Source: Nitrospirota bacterium (GTDB lineage Bacteria > Nitrospirota > UBA9217). From it: a DNA stretch of 64,000 nucleotides. The DNA is taken from assembly GCA_963749655.1 (NCBI GenBank), contig CAVVOB010000018.1, positions 64,001 through 128,000 of the forward strand, read 5' to 3'. A program made the translations under genes and the position numbers. Below, piece by piece: positions 39,563 to 48,342 of this stretch. The notes beneath the pieces were generated by a model that did not search any database, was not told where the DNA came from, and saw nothing but the letters and a program-made list of their open reading frames with translations. The first letter of the stretch is position 1. Every line of letters starts with the position of its first letter.

Positions 39563-40834
39563 ATGGAACGACCTCTCACAAAAAACATACGCGCCGGCCA
39601 GGAGCCCCTTTCGCTTCAGGAATATGAGAAAGCCGGCGGCTACCAGGCCCTGCGCAAGGCCCTCACGATGACGCCCCAGCAGGTGCAGGACGTGGTCAAG
39701 ACTTCAAACCTCCGCGGCCGCGGGGGCGCTGGGTTCCCCACGGGGATGAAGTGGAGCTTTGTGCCCATGGGCGACAAAGCGCCCCGTCCCAAGTACTTCG
39801 TGGTCAATGCCGACGAAATGGAACCCGGCACGTTCAAGGACCGGCTCCTCCTCGAAGGCGATCCCCACCAGATCATCGAAGGAGTCATCATCAGCTCCTT
39901 TGCCATCGAGGCGGAGCAAGCCTTCATCTTTGTGAGGTGGGCTTATAAGCTTGCGGTAAAGCGGCTGGAGAAGGCCATTGCCGAAGCCTATGAGAAAGGC
40001 TATCTGGGAAAGAATATCCTCGGTTCCGGCTTCAGCCTCGAGCTTCGCATCCACGGGAGCGCGGGCCGCTATATTTGCGGCGAGGAAACAGCTCTCCTGA
40101 ACGCTCTTGAAGGAAAGCGCGCAACACCCCGGGCCAAGCCGCCGTTCCCGCAGGTCTGCGGTCTTTTCGGCAAGCCCACGATCGTGAACAATGCCGAGAC
40201 CGTTGCGAACATCCCCCATATCATCGGCAACGGGCCTGACTGGTTCAAGTCCTTGAGCACAAGCCCTGACGCGGGGACCAAGCTCTTCGGCGTCAGCGGC
40301 CGGGTCAAAAAACCCGCCATCTGGGAGCTGCCCATGGGAGTGACGGTGCGCGAGCTTCTGGAAGAGCACGCCGGCGGCATGCAGGACGGCTACTCCTTCC
40401 GCGGCGTGATCCCCGGCGGCGCATCGACCGACTTTCTCGTGCAAGAGCATCTCGATGTAAAAATGGACTTCGACTCGGTCATGAAAGCCGGCAGCCGTCT
40501 CGGTACAGGAACCATGATAGTGCTCGATGATAAGACCTGCCCCGTGGGCTTCGTGCATAATATGGAAGTCTTCTTTGCCCGCGAGTCCTGCGGCTGGTGC
40601 ACGCCCTGCCGCGAGGGCCTCCCGTGGATCGAGAAGATGCTCCGGGCCATCGAGAACGGGCAGGGAGAAATGGACGATATCGACATCCTTGCACAGCAAT
40701 GCAGGCTTCTCGGACCGGGAAACACCTACTGCGCACTGGCCCCCGGCGCGGTCGAGCCGCTCCAGAGCGCGATAAAGTACTTCCGGGAAGACTTTGAGAA
40801 GCATATTCATGGGAAGAAGTGCCCGTGGAAATGA
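39563..40834 (+). CDS. nuoF: NADH-quinone oxidoreductase subunit F
   Basis: LRGRGGAGFPTG, NADEMEPGTFKDR, YICGEETAL, ESCGWCTPCREG. Confidence 0.97.
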   Translation: MERPLTKNIRAGQEPLSLQEYEKAGGYQALRKALTMTPQQVQDVVKTSNLRGRGGAGFPTGMKWSFVPMGDKAPRPKYFVVNADEMEPGTFKDRLLLEGDPHQIIEGVIISSFAIEAEQAFIFVRWAYKLAVKRLEKAIAEAYEKGYLGKNILGSGFSLELRIHGSAGRYICGEETALLNALEGKRATPRAKPPFPQVCGLFGKPTIVNNAETVANIPHIIGNGPDWFKSLSTSPDAGTKLFGVSGRVKKPAIWELPMGVTVRELLEEHAGGMQDGYSFRGVIPGGASTDFLVQEHLDVKMDFDSVMKAGSRLGTGTMIVLDDKTCPVGFVHNMEVFFARESCGWCTPCREGLPWIEKMLRAIENGQGEMDDIDILAQQCRLLGPGNTYCALAPGAVEPLQSAIKYFREDFEKHIHGKKCPWK

Positions 40835-40868
40835 TCGCCACGAATAAGAGGAGTAAAAAAACCTTGCT

Positions 40869-40963
40869 AGCCACGAATTGACACGAATTTTCACGAATTT
40901 AAAAGACTTCCAGAAATCTCTTTCTAATTTTAATTCGTGTTAATTCGTGAAATTCGTGGCAAA
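40869..40963. repeat. Second copy of the 10-mer element at nuoF/nuoG, in inverted orientation
   Basis: GCCACGAATT GACACGAATT TTCACGAATT ... AATTCGTGTT AATTCGTGA AATTCGTGGC. Confidence 0.92.
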
Positions 40964-40971
40964 AAAAGCTT

Positions 40972-43506
40972 ATGATTACGATTTTTATCGACAATAAGCA
41001 GTATCAAGTGAAGGAAGGCCGGAACCTCCTTCAAACCTGCTTGTCCCTGGGGTTCGACCTGCCCTACTTCTGCTGGCACCCTGCCATGCATTCCGTGGGC
41101 GCGTGCCGTCAGTGCGCGGTCAAGGTATTCAAGGACGAGAAGGACACCCGCGGCAGGATCATGATGTCCTGCATGACGCCGGCAACGGAGGGGATGCGTT
41201 TGTCTATCGATGATGCGGACGCAAAGGCCTTCCGCAGAAGCGTGGTCGAATGGCTTATGCTCAACCATCCCCATGACTGCCCGGTCTGCGACGAAGGCGG
41301 CGAGTGCCACCTCCAGGACATGACGGTCATGACCGGCCATACGTACCGCAGGACGCGGTTCAAGAAACGCACCCACCGCAACCAGGACCTGGGGCCTTTC
41401 ATCAATCATGAAATGAACCGCTGCATCCAGTGCTACCGCTGCGTCCGGTTCTACCGGGACTATGCGGGGGGAAAGGACTTTGACGTCTTTGCGGCCCACG
41501 ACAGCGTCTATTTCGGACGACACGAGGACGGCACGCTCGAAAACGAGTTCAGCGGCAACCTCGTCGAGGTCTGCCCCACCGGCGTATTTACGGACAAAAC
41601 GCTGAAACATCATTACACCCGCAAGTGGGACCTTCAGACAGCTCCGTCAATCTGCGTTCACTGCGGTCTCGGCTGCAACACCATCCCCGGTGAGCGCTAT
41701 GGAGCGCTCAGGAGAATATTGAATCGCTACAACCATGAGGTGAACGGATACTTTCTCTGCGACCGCGGCCGGTTCGGCTACGAGTTCGTGAACAGCGGGA
41801 AGAGGATCAGAAAGGCACTCTTCAATTCCCCCTCTCCCCGTGCGGGAGAGGGCCGGGGTGAGGGGGGACCGAAGCCTGCGGACAAGACAGAAGCGCTCAA
41901 ACAGATTGTCGATATACTCTCCACCAGCAACGGCATAATCGGCATCGGATCACCCCGCGCCTCCCTGGAATCGAACTTTGCGCTTCGAACGCTGGTCGGT
42001 CCCGAGAACTTTTACGCAGGGATGTCCACAGAGGATCAAAGGCTGGTCTCGCTCATCATTGACATTCTGAGGAACGGTCCGGCATATACGCCGTCGCTGC
42101 ATGACGTAGAAATGGCCGATGCAGTCCTTGTACTCGGAGAGGACGTGACGAACACGGCGCCCCTTCTCGACCTGGCTCTGCGCCGCTCGGTGCGTAATCA
42201 GCCGGTAGATGCAGTGGAAAAGAAGCGGATACCGCGATGGGACGATAACGCGGTCCGGAACATGATCCAGGACGAAAGAGGCCCGCTCTATATTGCCGCT
42301 GCAGGAGAGACCAGGCTGGACAATGCTGCTGCAAAGACCTATCACGCGGCACCTGACGCTCTGGCAAGACTCGGATTTGCTGTCGCACACGAGTTGAGTC
42401 CTGATGCACCTGCTGTTGAAGATCTTTCCGTTGACACAGCCTTTCTTGCGCGGGAGATTGCCCAGGCGCTTAAAAACGCCCAGCACCCGGTCGTCATCTC
42501 CGGTACCAGCCTCGGCAATGAGTCCTTGATAAAGGCTGCTGCAAATGTGGCCTGGGCTTTATGCCAAAGCGGGAAGCCGGCGGGGCTTTTCTATACCGTG
42601 CCCGAGTGCAACAGCTTGGGGATGGGGCTCATGGGCGGGAAGGGCCTCGATCAAGCGTTCAAGGCTGTCCACGAAGGCAAAGCAGCTACCGTAATTATTC
42701 TGGAGAATGACCTTTATCGCAGGGCCGATGAGAAGTCTGTTAATGATTTTCTGAGCACAGCGCGCTGCGTGATCGCTCTCGACCATCTGATAAATCCGAC
42801 CTCCTCGAAGGCGCAGATCACTCTCCCGGCAGCCACCTTTGCCGAGGCAGACGGCACGCTCGTGAACAACGAGGGAAGGGCCCAACGATTTTATCAAGTG
42901 TTTACGCCCAATCTTGACATCCAGGATAGCTGGAAATGGCTTCGTGATATACTCCCAGCATCGGACCGGAAAGAAGCCGGTGAGTGGTTGTCATTCGACG
43001 ATATCGGGAAAGACCTGGCGGCGTCGCTCGACATTTTCAAGCTCCTGCCGGACCTGGCTCCCCCTGCCGACTTCCGCGTTGCCGGGGCGAAGATCCCCCG
43101 ACAGCCCCATCGCTACAGCGGCAGAACAGCGATGCTCGCGAACATCAGCGTCCACGAACCCAAGCCCGTTGACGACCCGGACACGCCCCTTTCCTTCTCA
43201 ATGGAAGGCTACGAAGGGAAGCCTCCTGCAGCGCTTATCTCGCGCTACTGGTCGCCGCGATGGAACTCGGTCTCGGCGTTGAACAAGTTCCAGCAGGAAG
43301 TGGGCGGTCCGCTTAAAGGGGGAGATCCGGGAAAGAGATTGATAGAACCGATACGCGACGGGAAGCAGGCGTATTTTACCGACGTTCCATCGAAAGCGAT
43401 GCCGGGGCAACAGGAAGCTCCGCAATATGATATTTTCAGATCAGAGGAATTAAGCGCTCAGGCTCCGGCAATAATCGAGCGGGCGAGAACGAGAAAGCGA
43501 CAATAA
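40972..43506 (+). CDS. nuoG: NADH-quinone oxidoreductase subunit G
   Basis: PYFCWHP, GACRQC, NHPHDCPVCDEGGECHLQD, RCIQCYRC, CVHCGLGC, LCDRGRFG. Confidence 0.96.
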   Translation: MITIFIDNKQYQVKEGRNLLQTCLSLGFDLPYFCWHPAMHSVGACRQCAVKVFKDEKDTRGRIMMSCMTPATEGMRLSIDDADAKAFRRSVVEWLMLNHPHDCPVCDEGGECHLQDMTVMTGHTYRRTRFKKRTHRNQDLGPFINHEMNRCIQCYRCVRFYRDYAGGKDFDVFAAHDSVYFGRHEDGTLENEFSGNLVEVCPTGVFTDKTLKHHYTRKWDLQTAPSICVHCGLGCNTIPGERYGALRRILNRYNHEVNGYFLCDRGRFGYEFVNSGKRIRKALFNSPSPRAGEGRGEGGPKPADKTEALKQIVDILSTSNGIIGIGSPRASLESNFALRTLVGPENFYAGMSTEDQRLVSLIIDILRNGPAYTPSLHDVEMADAVLVLGEDVTNTAPLLDLALRRSVRNQPVDAVEKKRIPRWDDNAVRNMIQDERGPLYIAAAGETRLDNAAAKTYHAAPDALARLGFAVAHELSPDAPAVEDLSVDTAFLAREIAQALKNAQHPVVISGTSLGNESLIKAAANVAWALCQSGKPAGLFYTVPECNSLGMGLMGGKGLDQAFKAVHEGKAATVIILENDLYRRADEKSVNDFLSTARCVIALDHLINPTSSKAQITLPAATFAEADGTLVNNEGRAQRFYQVFTPNLDIQDSWKWLRDILPASDRKEAGEWLSFDDIGKDLAASLDIFKLLPDLAPPADFRVAGAKIPRQPHRYSGRTAMLANISVHEPKPVDDPDTPLSFSMEGYEGKPPAALISRYWSPRWNSVSALNKFQQEVGGPLKGGDPGKRLIEPIRDGKQAYFTDVPSKAMPGQQEAPQYDIFRSEELSAQAPAIIERARTRKRQ
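41827..41866. repeat. GC-rich palindromic element in frame inside nuoG
   Basis: TCCCCCTCTCCCCGTGCGGGAGAGGGCCGGGGTGAGGGGG, translated SPSPRAGEGRGEG. Confidence 0.75.
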
Positions 43507-43513
43507 ACGGGGT

Positions 43514-43615
43514 GCGTCATTCCTGCGAAAGCAGGAATCCAGGGTCTTCAGGAAGAGTCGCTGGATTCCCCCTGCCTCAAGCATGCAGGGGCAGGCTTGC
43601 AAGCCCGGAATGACG
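43514..43615. repeat. dRS3/REP-like palindromic element at nuoG/nuoH with a nested ~30-bp insert
   Basis: CGTCATTCCTGCGAAAGCAGGAATCCAG ... CTGGATTCC[CCCTGCCTCAAGCATGCAGGGGCAGGCTTG]CAAGCCCGGAATGACG. Confidence 0.9.
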
Positions 43616-43697
43616 GCATTGGCTACGGCAGTTTGAACAGGTTAACTTTTTCGTATCATGGCGTCAACGTCTTAGCGGCAACAAATATAAATCATTA

Positions 43698-44663
43698 ATG
43701 ATAGACATGCCAGTCATTCAAAAACTTGCCATCCTCTTCGGCATTCTTTTCGTGGTGCTCACGATCGGCGGAATGCTGATCTGGCTCGAGCGTCGCCTGC
43801 TCGGCCTATGGCAGGACCGCTACGGACCGAACCGCGTCGGTCCCTTCGGCCTCCTGCAGGTGCTGGCGGATATGATCAAAGTGTTCACCAAGGAGGACTG
43901 GATCCCGCCTTTCGCAGACAAGGCGGTCTTCATCATCGCGCCTGCCGTGATCGTCGTGGTCGTGCTCATGTCCTTTGCCATCATCCCCTTCGCGCCGGGG
44001 ATCGAAATCGTGGACCTGAACATTGGGCTCCTATTCTTTCTTGCCATGTCTTCCCTGGGAGTATACAGTGTCGCCCTGGCAGGCTGGGCGTCGAGCAGCA
44101 AGTATTCGCTCCTCGGCGGGCTCCGCGCCTCGGCCCAGATGCTTGCATACGAGGTCTTCATGGGCCTGTCGCTCATGGGAGTGGTGATGCTCGCGGGGTC
44201 GTTCAATCTTCGCGAGATCGTCGAGGCCCAGCGCCATCTGTGGTTCGTCGTGCCCCAGTTCATCGGGTTCGTGATTTTCTTCATCGCCGGAATCGCTGAA
44301 ACCCACCGCCTCCCCTTTGACCTGCCCGAGGCGGAGAGCGAGCTCGTGGCCGGCTATCATTCGGAATACTCGGGCATGAAGTTCGGCATGTTCTTCGTGG
44401 GCGAGTATCTCGGGATCACGCTCATCTCGGCGCTCACGACGGCCCTGTTCTTCGGCGGGTGGCTGGGCCCCTGGCTTCCGCCCGTGGTCTGGTTTATGAT
44501 CAAGACGTTTTTTTTCATCTGCTTTTTCATCCTGCTCCGGGCTGCGCTCCCCCGGCCGCGGTATGATCAGCTCATGGCTTTTGGATGGAAAGTGATGCTG
44601 CCCTTGTCGCTGGCAAATCTGCTCGTGACGGGGGCGGTTGTTTTGATAAAAGCAAACCAATAA
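43698..44663 (+). CDS. nuoH: NADH-quinone oxidoreductase subunit H
   Basis: [47 protein letters not shown]. Confidence 0.96.
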   Translation: MIDMPVIQKLAILFGILFVVLTIGGMLIWLERRLLGLWQDRYGPNRVGPFGLLQVLADMIKVFTKEDWIPPFADKAVFIIAPAVIVVVVLMSFAIIPFAPGIEIVDLNIGLLFFLAMSSLGVYSVALAGWASSSKYSLLGGLRASAQMLAYEVFMGLSLMGVVMLAGSFNLREIVEAQRHLWFVVPQFIGFVIFFIAGIAETHRLPFDLPEAESELVAGYHSEYSGMKFGMFFVGEYLGITLISALTTALFFGGWLGPWLPPVVWFMIKTFFFICFFILLRAALPRPRYDQLMAFGWKVMLPLSLANLLVTGAVVLIKANQ

Positions 44664-44693
44664 ACCGGGGTCGGTACACGGGTTTTCACTATG

Positions 44694-44782
44694 GCGTCAT
44701 TCCTGCGAAAGCAGGAATCCAGGGATTTTCAGTTTGAAGAAAAGACTAAGCCGCTGGATTCCGGGTCAAGCCCGGAATGACG
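44694..44782. repeat. Second, direct copy of the dRS3/REP-like element at nuoH/nuoI
   Basis: CGTCATTCCTGCGAAAGCAGGAATCCAG ... CTGGATTCCGGGTCAAGCCCGGAATGACG. Confidence 0.92.
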
Positions 44783-44801
44783 AATAAAGGATAAAAATGT
44801 A

Positions 44802-45317
44802 ATGTTCAGCCTTCTTAAAACAATCTGGACGGTCTTCATGACCATGTTCCGCAAACGGGCGACGATCCTGTACCCCGAAGAGCGGCCCTACATCCCTCCC
44901 CGGTGGCGCGGCAGGATCATACTCTCGCGCGACCCCGATGGAGAGGAACGCTGCGTTGCCTGCTACCTCTGCGCCGTCGCCTGCCCCGTGGACTGTATTT
45001 CGCTCCAGGCGACCGAGGACGCGCACGGAAGGCGATCTCCCGAATTTTTCAGGATCAATTTTTCACGATGTATTTTCTGCGGCTATTGCGAAGAAGCATG
45101 CCCGACCTATGCGATCCAGTTGACGACTGATTTCGAAATGAGTGAATACAAACGGCAGAACCTTGTCTACGAAAAGGAAGACCTGCTCATCAGCGGGCCG
45201 GGCAAATACCATGACTACAATTTCTACCGCGAAGCGGGACTGTCGATCAAAGGCAAGGACAAGGGCGAAGCAAAGAACGAAGAAAAACCGGTGGACGTGA
45301 AGGACTTAATGCCATAA
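44802..45317 (+). CDS. nuoI: NADH-quinone oxidoreductase subunit I
   Basis: [24 protein letters not shown]. Confidence 0.96.
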   Translation: MFSLLKTIWTVFMTMFRKRATILYPEERPYIPPRWRGRIILSRDPDGEERCVACYLCAVACPVDCISLQATEDAHGRRSPEFFRINFSRCIFCGYCEEACPTYAIQLTTDFEMSEYKRQNLVYEKEDLLISGPGKYHDYNFYREAGLSIKGKDKGEAKNEEKPVDVKDLMP

Positions 45318-45323
45318 ACAATT

Positions 45324-45390
45324 TTGACAGGATAACAGGATCGGCGGTAAGAAAATTTCACCCGATCTTTATCCCGTTATCCAATCCAAA
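45324..45390. repeat. Inverted ACAGGAT repeat element at nuoI/nuoJ
   Basis: TTGACAGGATAACAGGAT ... TTATCCCGTTATCCAATCCAAA. Confidence 0.8.
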
Positions 45391-45396
45391 CTCTTT

Positions 45397-45891
45397 ATGA
45401 ATTTACTTTTTTATATATCAGCAGTTGTCGCCGCGGTCTCGACCTTCATGGTTATAACCAGAAAGAGCGCTGTCCATGCTCTTCTGTACCTGATCGTGTC
45501 GCTTCTTGCCGTGGCGCTCATATTCTTTGCCCTCGGCGCGCCCTTTGTTGCCGCCCTGGAGGTCATCATTTACGCAGGGGCCATCATGGTGCTTTTCGTA
45601 TTCGTGATCATGATGCTGAACCTCGGCTCGCAGGCTGCGGAGCAGGAATCGCTCTGGCTTTCGCCGGGAATCTGGAGCGGCCCGTCCCTGCTCGCCTCAG
45701 TTCTCGCCGGGGAGCTCCTGTACGCCTTCACAGCAGGACAGGCTAGGACTGTCACGGCCGGGCTGATCGGTCCCAAGCAGGTCGGCATTGCCCTCTTCGG
45801 CCCTTATGTAGTCGGCGTGGAGCTGGCGTCGATGCTGCTTTTGGCAGGTTTGATCGGGGCCTATCACCTCGGCAGGCCGCACAAGCACTGA
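45397..45891 (+). CDS. nuoJ: NADH-quinone oxidoreductase subunit J
   Basis: ALEVIIYAGAIMVLFVFVIMMLN, VELASMLLL. Confidence 0.95.
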   Translation: MNLLFYISAVVAAVSTFMVITRKSAVHALLYLIVSLLAVALIFFALGAPFVAALEVIIYAGAIMVLFVFVIMMLNLGSQAAEQESLWLSPGIWSGPSLLASVLAGELLYAFTAGQARTVTAGLIGPKQVGIALFGPYVVGVELASMLLLAGLIGAYHLGRPHKH

Positions 45892-45904
45892 AAGATATTT
45901 ATTC

Positions 45905-45968
45905 GACAGGATAACAGGAGCGACAGGATTTTAAAGATTCTATCAGATCCTTATCCCGTTATCCTGTC
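45905..45968. repeat. Second, direct copy of the ACAGGAT element at nuoJ/nuoK
   Basis: GACAGGATAACAGGAGCGACAGGATT ... GATCCTTATCCCGTTATCCTGTC. Confidence 0.85.
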
Positions 45969-45983
45969 CAAAAGGAGTTGCCT

Positions 45984-46295
45984 TTGATCTCAAACATCCC
46001 CATGGAACACGGCCTCATCCTCGCCGCCATTCTCTTCGCGCTCGGGCTTGTCGGCGTTCTTGTGCGGCGGAACATCGTCTTCATGCTCATGTCCATCGAG
46101 ATCATGCTGAACGCCGTGGGCCTGGCCTTCGTAGTCGCCGGAGCGCGGTGGGGCCAGGTTGACGGCCAGGTGATGTTCATTTTCATCCTCACGATGGCGG
46201 CTGCCGAGGTTTCCGTGGGGCTGGCTCTCGTTCTGCAGATGTATCACAGCTTCAAAACGCTCGATGCCGACGCAGCGAGCAGGATGAAAGGATAA
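45984..46295 (+). CDS. nuoK: NADH-quinone oxidoreductase subunit K (TTG start after AAGGAG; start uncertain)
   Basis: [28 protein letters not shown]. Confidence 0.94.
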   Translation: MISNIPMEHGLILAAILFALGLVGVLVRRNIVFMLMSIEIMLNAVGLAFVVAGARWGQVDGQVMFIFILTMAAAEVSVGLALVLQMYHSFKTLDADAASRMKG

Positions 46296-46304
46296 CTTGG
46301 CCAT

Positions 46305-46336
46305 CAACTCGAAACTCGAAATTTAGAACTATGAAC
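46305..46336. repeat. Single heptamer arm at nuoK/nuoL running into the nuoL start codon
   Basis: CAACTCG AAACTCG AAATTTA GAACTAT GAAC. Confidence 0.65.
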
Positions 46337-48227
46337 GCCTTTCTTTTTTTAATACCCGCTCTCCCCTTTGCCGGATTTATCATCCTGGCGCTCGCGGGCC
46401 GTCGCTTATCTAAACCCACGACGGCTGTCATCGGCGCAGGCTCCGTGGGGCTGTCCGCTCTTCTCGCGGTCCTGACCGCCATACAATTCGTGGTCTCGCC
46501 TCCGCAGGGCCGGGCTATCACCCAGACGCTCTGGACGTGGATGCAGTTCGACGGCTATGAACCGGCGATTGCCCTCGTGCTCGATCCGCTCTCGCTCATC
46601 ATGGTGCTCGTCGTGACTATCGTGGGCTTCCTGATCCACATCTATTCCGCGGAGCATATGGAACATGAGGAAGGCTACAGCCGTTTCTTTGCCTACATGA
46701 ATCTTTTCGTAGGCGCCATGCTGACGCTGGTGCTTGCCGACAATCTGTTGTTCCTCTATCTCGGGTGGGAAGGCGTCGGCCTCTGCAGCTACCTTCTGAT
46801 CGGTTTCTGGTACAAGGACCCGCTGAACGGACAGGCGGCGCGCAAAGCCTTCATCGTCACGCGCATCGGCGATACGGCCATGGCCCTCGGTCTTTTTCTG
46901 CTGTTTACGAGCTTCAACACGCTCAATATCCAGGAGCTTATGCAGGCTGTATCGAAGCAGTGGCCTGCGGGCTCATCGACTGCAATTCTCGCGGCAGCGC
47001 TCCTGCTCGGCGGCGCCGTGGGCAAGTCCGCCCAGCTTCCGCTTCAGACCTGGTTGCCTGATGCCATGGCGGGCCCCACGCCCGTGAGCGCACTGATCCA
47101 CGCGGCGACCATGGTAACCGCCGGCGTCTACCTCATCGCCCGGACCCACGTGCTCTTTGCCCTCGCCCCTGCAGTGCAGACCGCGGTGGCTGTTATCGGA
47201 GCGCTGACCCTGCTCCTGGCCGGGTTCAGCGCGCTCACGCAGAAGGATATCAAGCGCGTTCTCGCCTATTCGACGATCAGCCAGATCGGCTACATGTTCC
47301 TGGCCCTGGGCGTAGGCGCCTGGTCAGCGGCCCTGTTCCATTTCATGACCCATGCCTTCTTCAAGGCCCTCCTGTTCCTCGCCGCCGGCGTCGTGATCAT
47401 GGCCCAGCACGAGGAGCATGATATGTTCAAGATGGGAGGCCTCCGCACCAGGCTCCCGATCACGTTCTGGACTTTCCTGATCGGCGCCTGCTCGCTCTCG
47501 GCCCTGCCGCTCGTGACCGCGGGCTTTTACAGCAAGGACCTGATCCTCTGGCAGGCATGGTCCTCTCCCACCGGAGGCGCCTGGCTCTGGCTCGCCGGAC
47601 TCATAGGCGCTTTCATCACATCGATCTATACCTTCCGCATGGTATTTCTCACGTTCTTTGGTGAGGCGAAAATGGAGCTTAGCTGGAAACCCGGTGCACG
47701 AACTGTCGTTCCGCTCGCGATTCTCGCGTTCTTCTCGGTGATCGGCGGTTTCGTCGATCTGCCGGAGAATCTGGGAAACCTGCCGCTCCTCTCGGACTTC
47801 CTGCAGCCGGTCTTTCATGAGAGCCTTGCAGGATCGGGTACGAAAGGAAATGAAACCCTTTTTCAGGCAATCTCCGGGCTGGTATCGCTGGCGGGAATTT
47901 TTATCGCTTTTATGATTTACGTACGGAGACCGCATTATGCCGACGAAGTCGTTCGAAACTCTGCGGCATCGGCGCTCCACCGTTTCTGGTTCTCGGGCTG
48001 GGGTTTCGACCGTTTGTATGACGCGCTTTTCGTACGGCCTTTCCTCTGGCTGGCGCAGGTAAACAGGAACGATTTCATCGATTCGGTTTATACGGCGAAT
48101 CGCCGGGATCAACCGGGCGGCCAACAGGGTATTAAGCTTGTCACAGACAGGAAGCATCCGCTGGTATGCAATGGGCATGGGGATCGGAGCAGTGGTAATT
48201 TTGGGAATTATCGTGGCCTTTCGTTAG
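46331..48227 (+). CDS. nuoL: NADH-quinone oxidoreductase subunit L (frameshift ~48100)
   Basis: GWEGVGLCSYLLIGFW, GKSAQLPLQTWLPDAMAGPTPVSALIHAATMV; shifted frame ends QTGSIRWYAMGMGIGAVVILGIIVAFR*. Confidence 0.93.
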
Positions 48228-48259
48228 GAAGTAGCACCTCCATTCGGGGGGAACTCAAG

Positions 48260-48322
48260 CGCACCCTAAAGGGTGCGGCTACCTTAAAAGGACCTTTTTG
48301 TAGCCGCAGGCTTTAGCCTGCG
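48260..48322. repeat. Divergent pair of GTAG-type REP sequences at nuoL/nuoM
   Basis: CGCACCCTAAAGGGTGCGGCTAC (48260-48282) and GTAGCCGCAGGCTTTAGCCTGCG (48300-48322): a GTAG foot plus a hairpin, as in RAYT-associated REPs. Confidence 0.85.
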
Positions 48323-48342
48323 CAAGCAGGAAATAATAAAAT

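Noticed and set aside
4398-40834. Selenocysteine or stop-codon readthrough in redox proteins
   Set aside because: The Cys motifs I checked (trxA, TlpA, ferredoxin, Nfu, Rnf, NuoB/E/F) use normal Cys codons; the gene breaks are frameshifts, not in-frame TGA/TAG.
36358-48322. Intergenic repeats as a CRISPR array
   Set aside because: No constant repeat with unique, evenly sized spacers and no cas genes; the units are 7-10-bp tandem arms or isolated palindromes.
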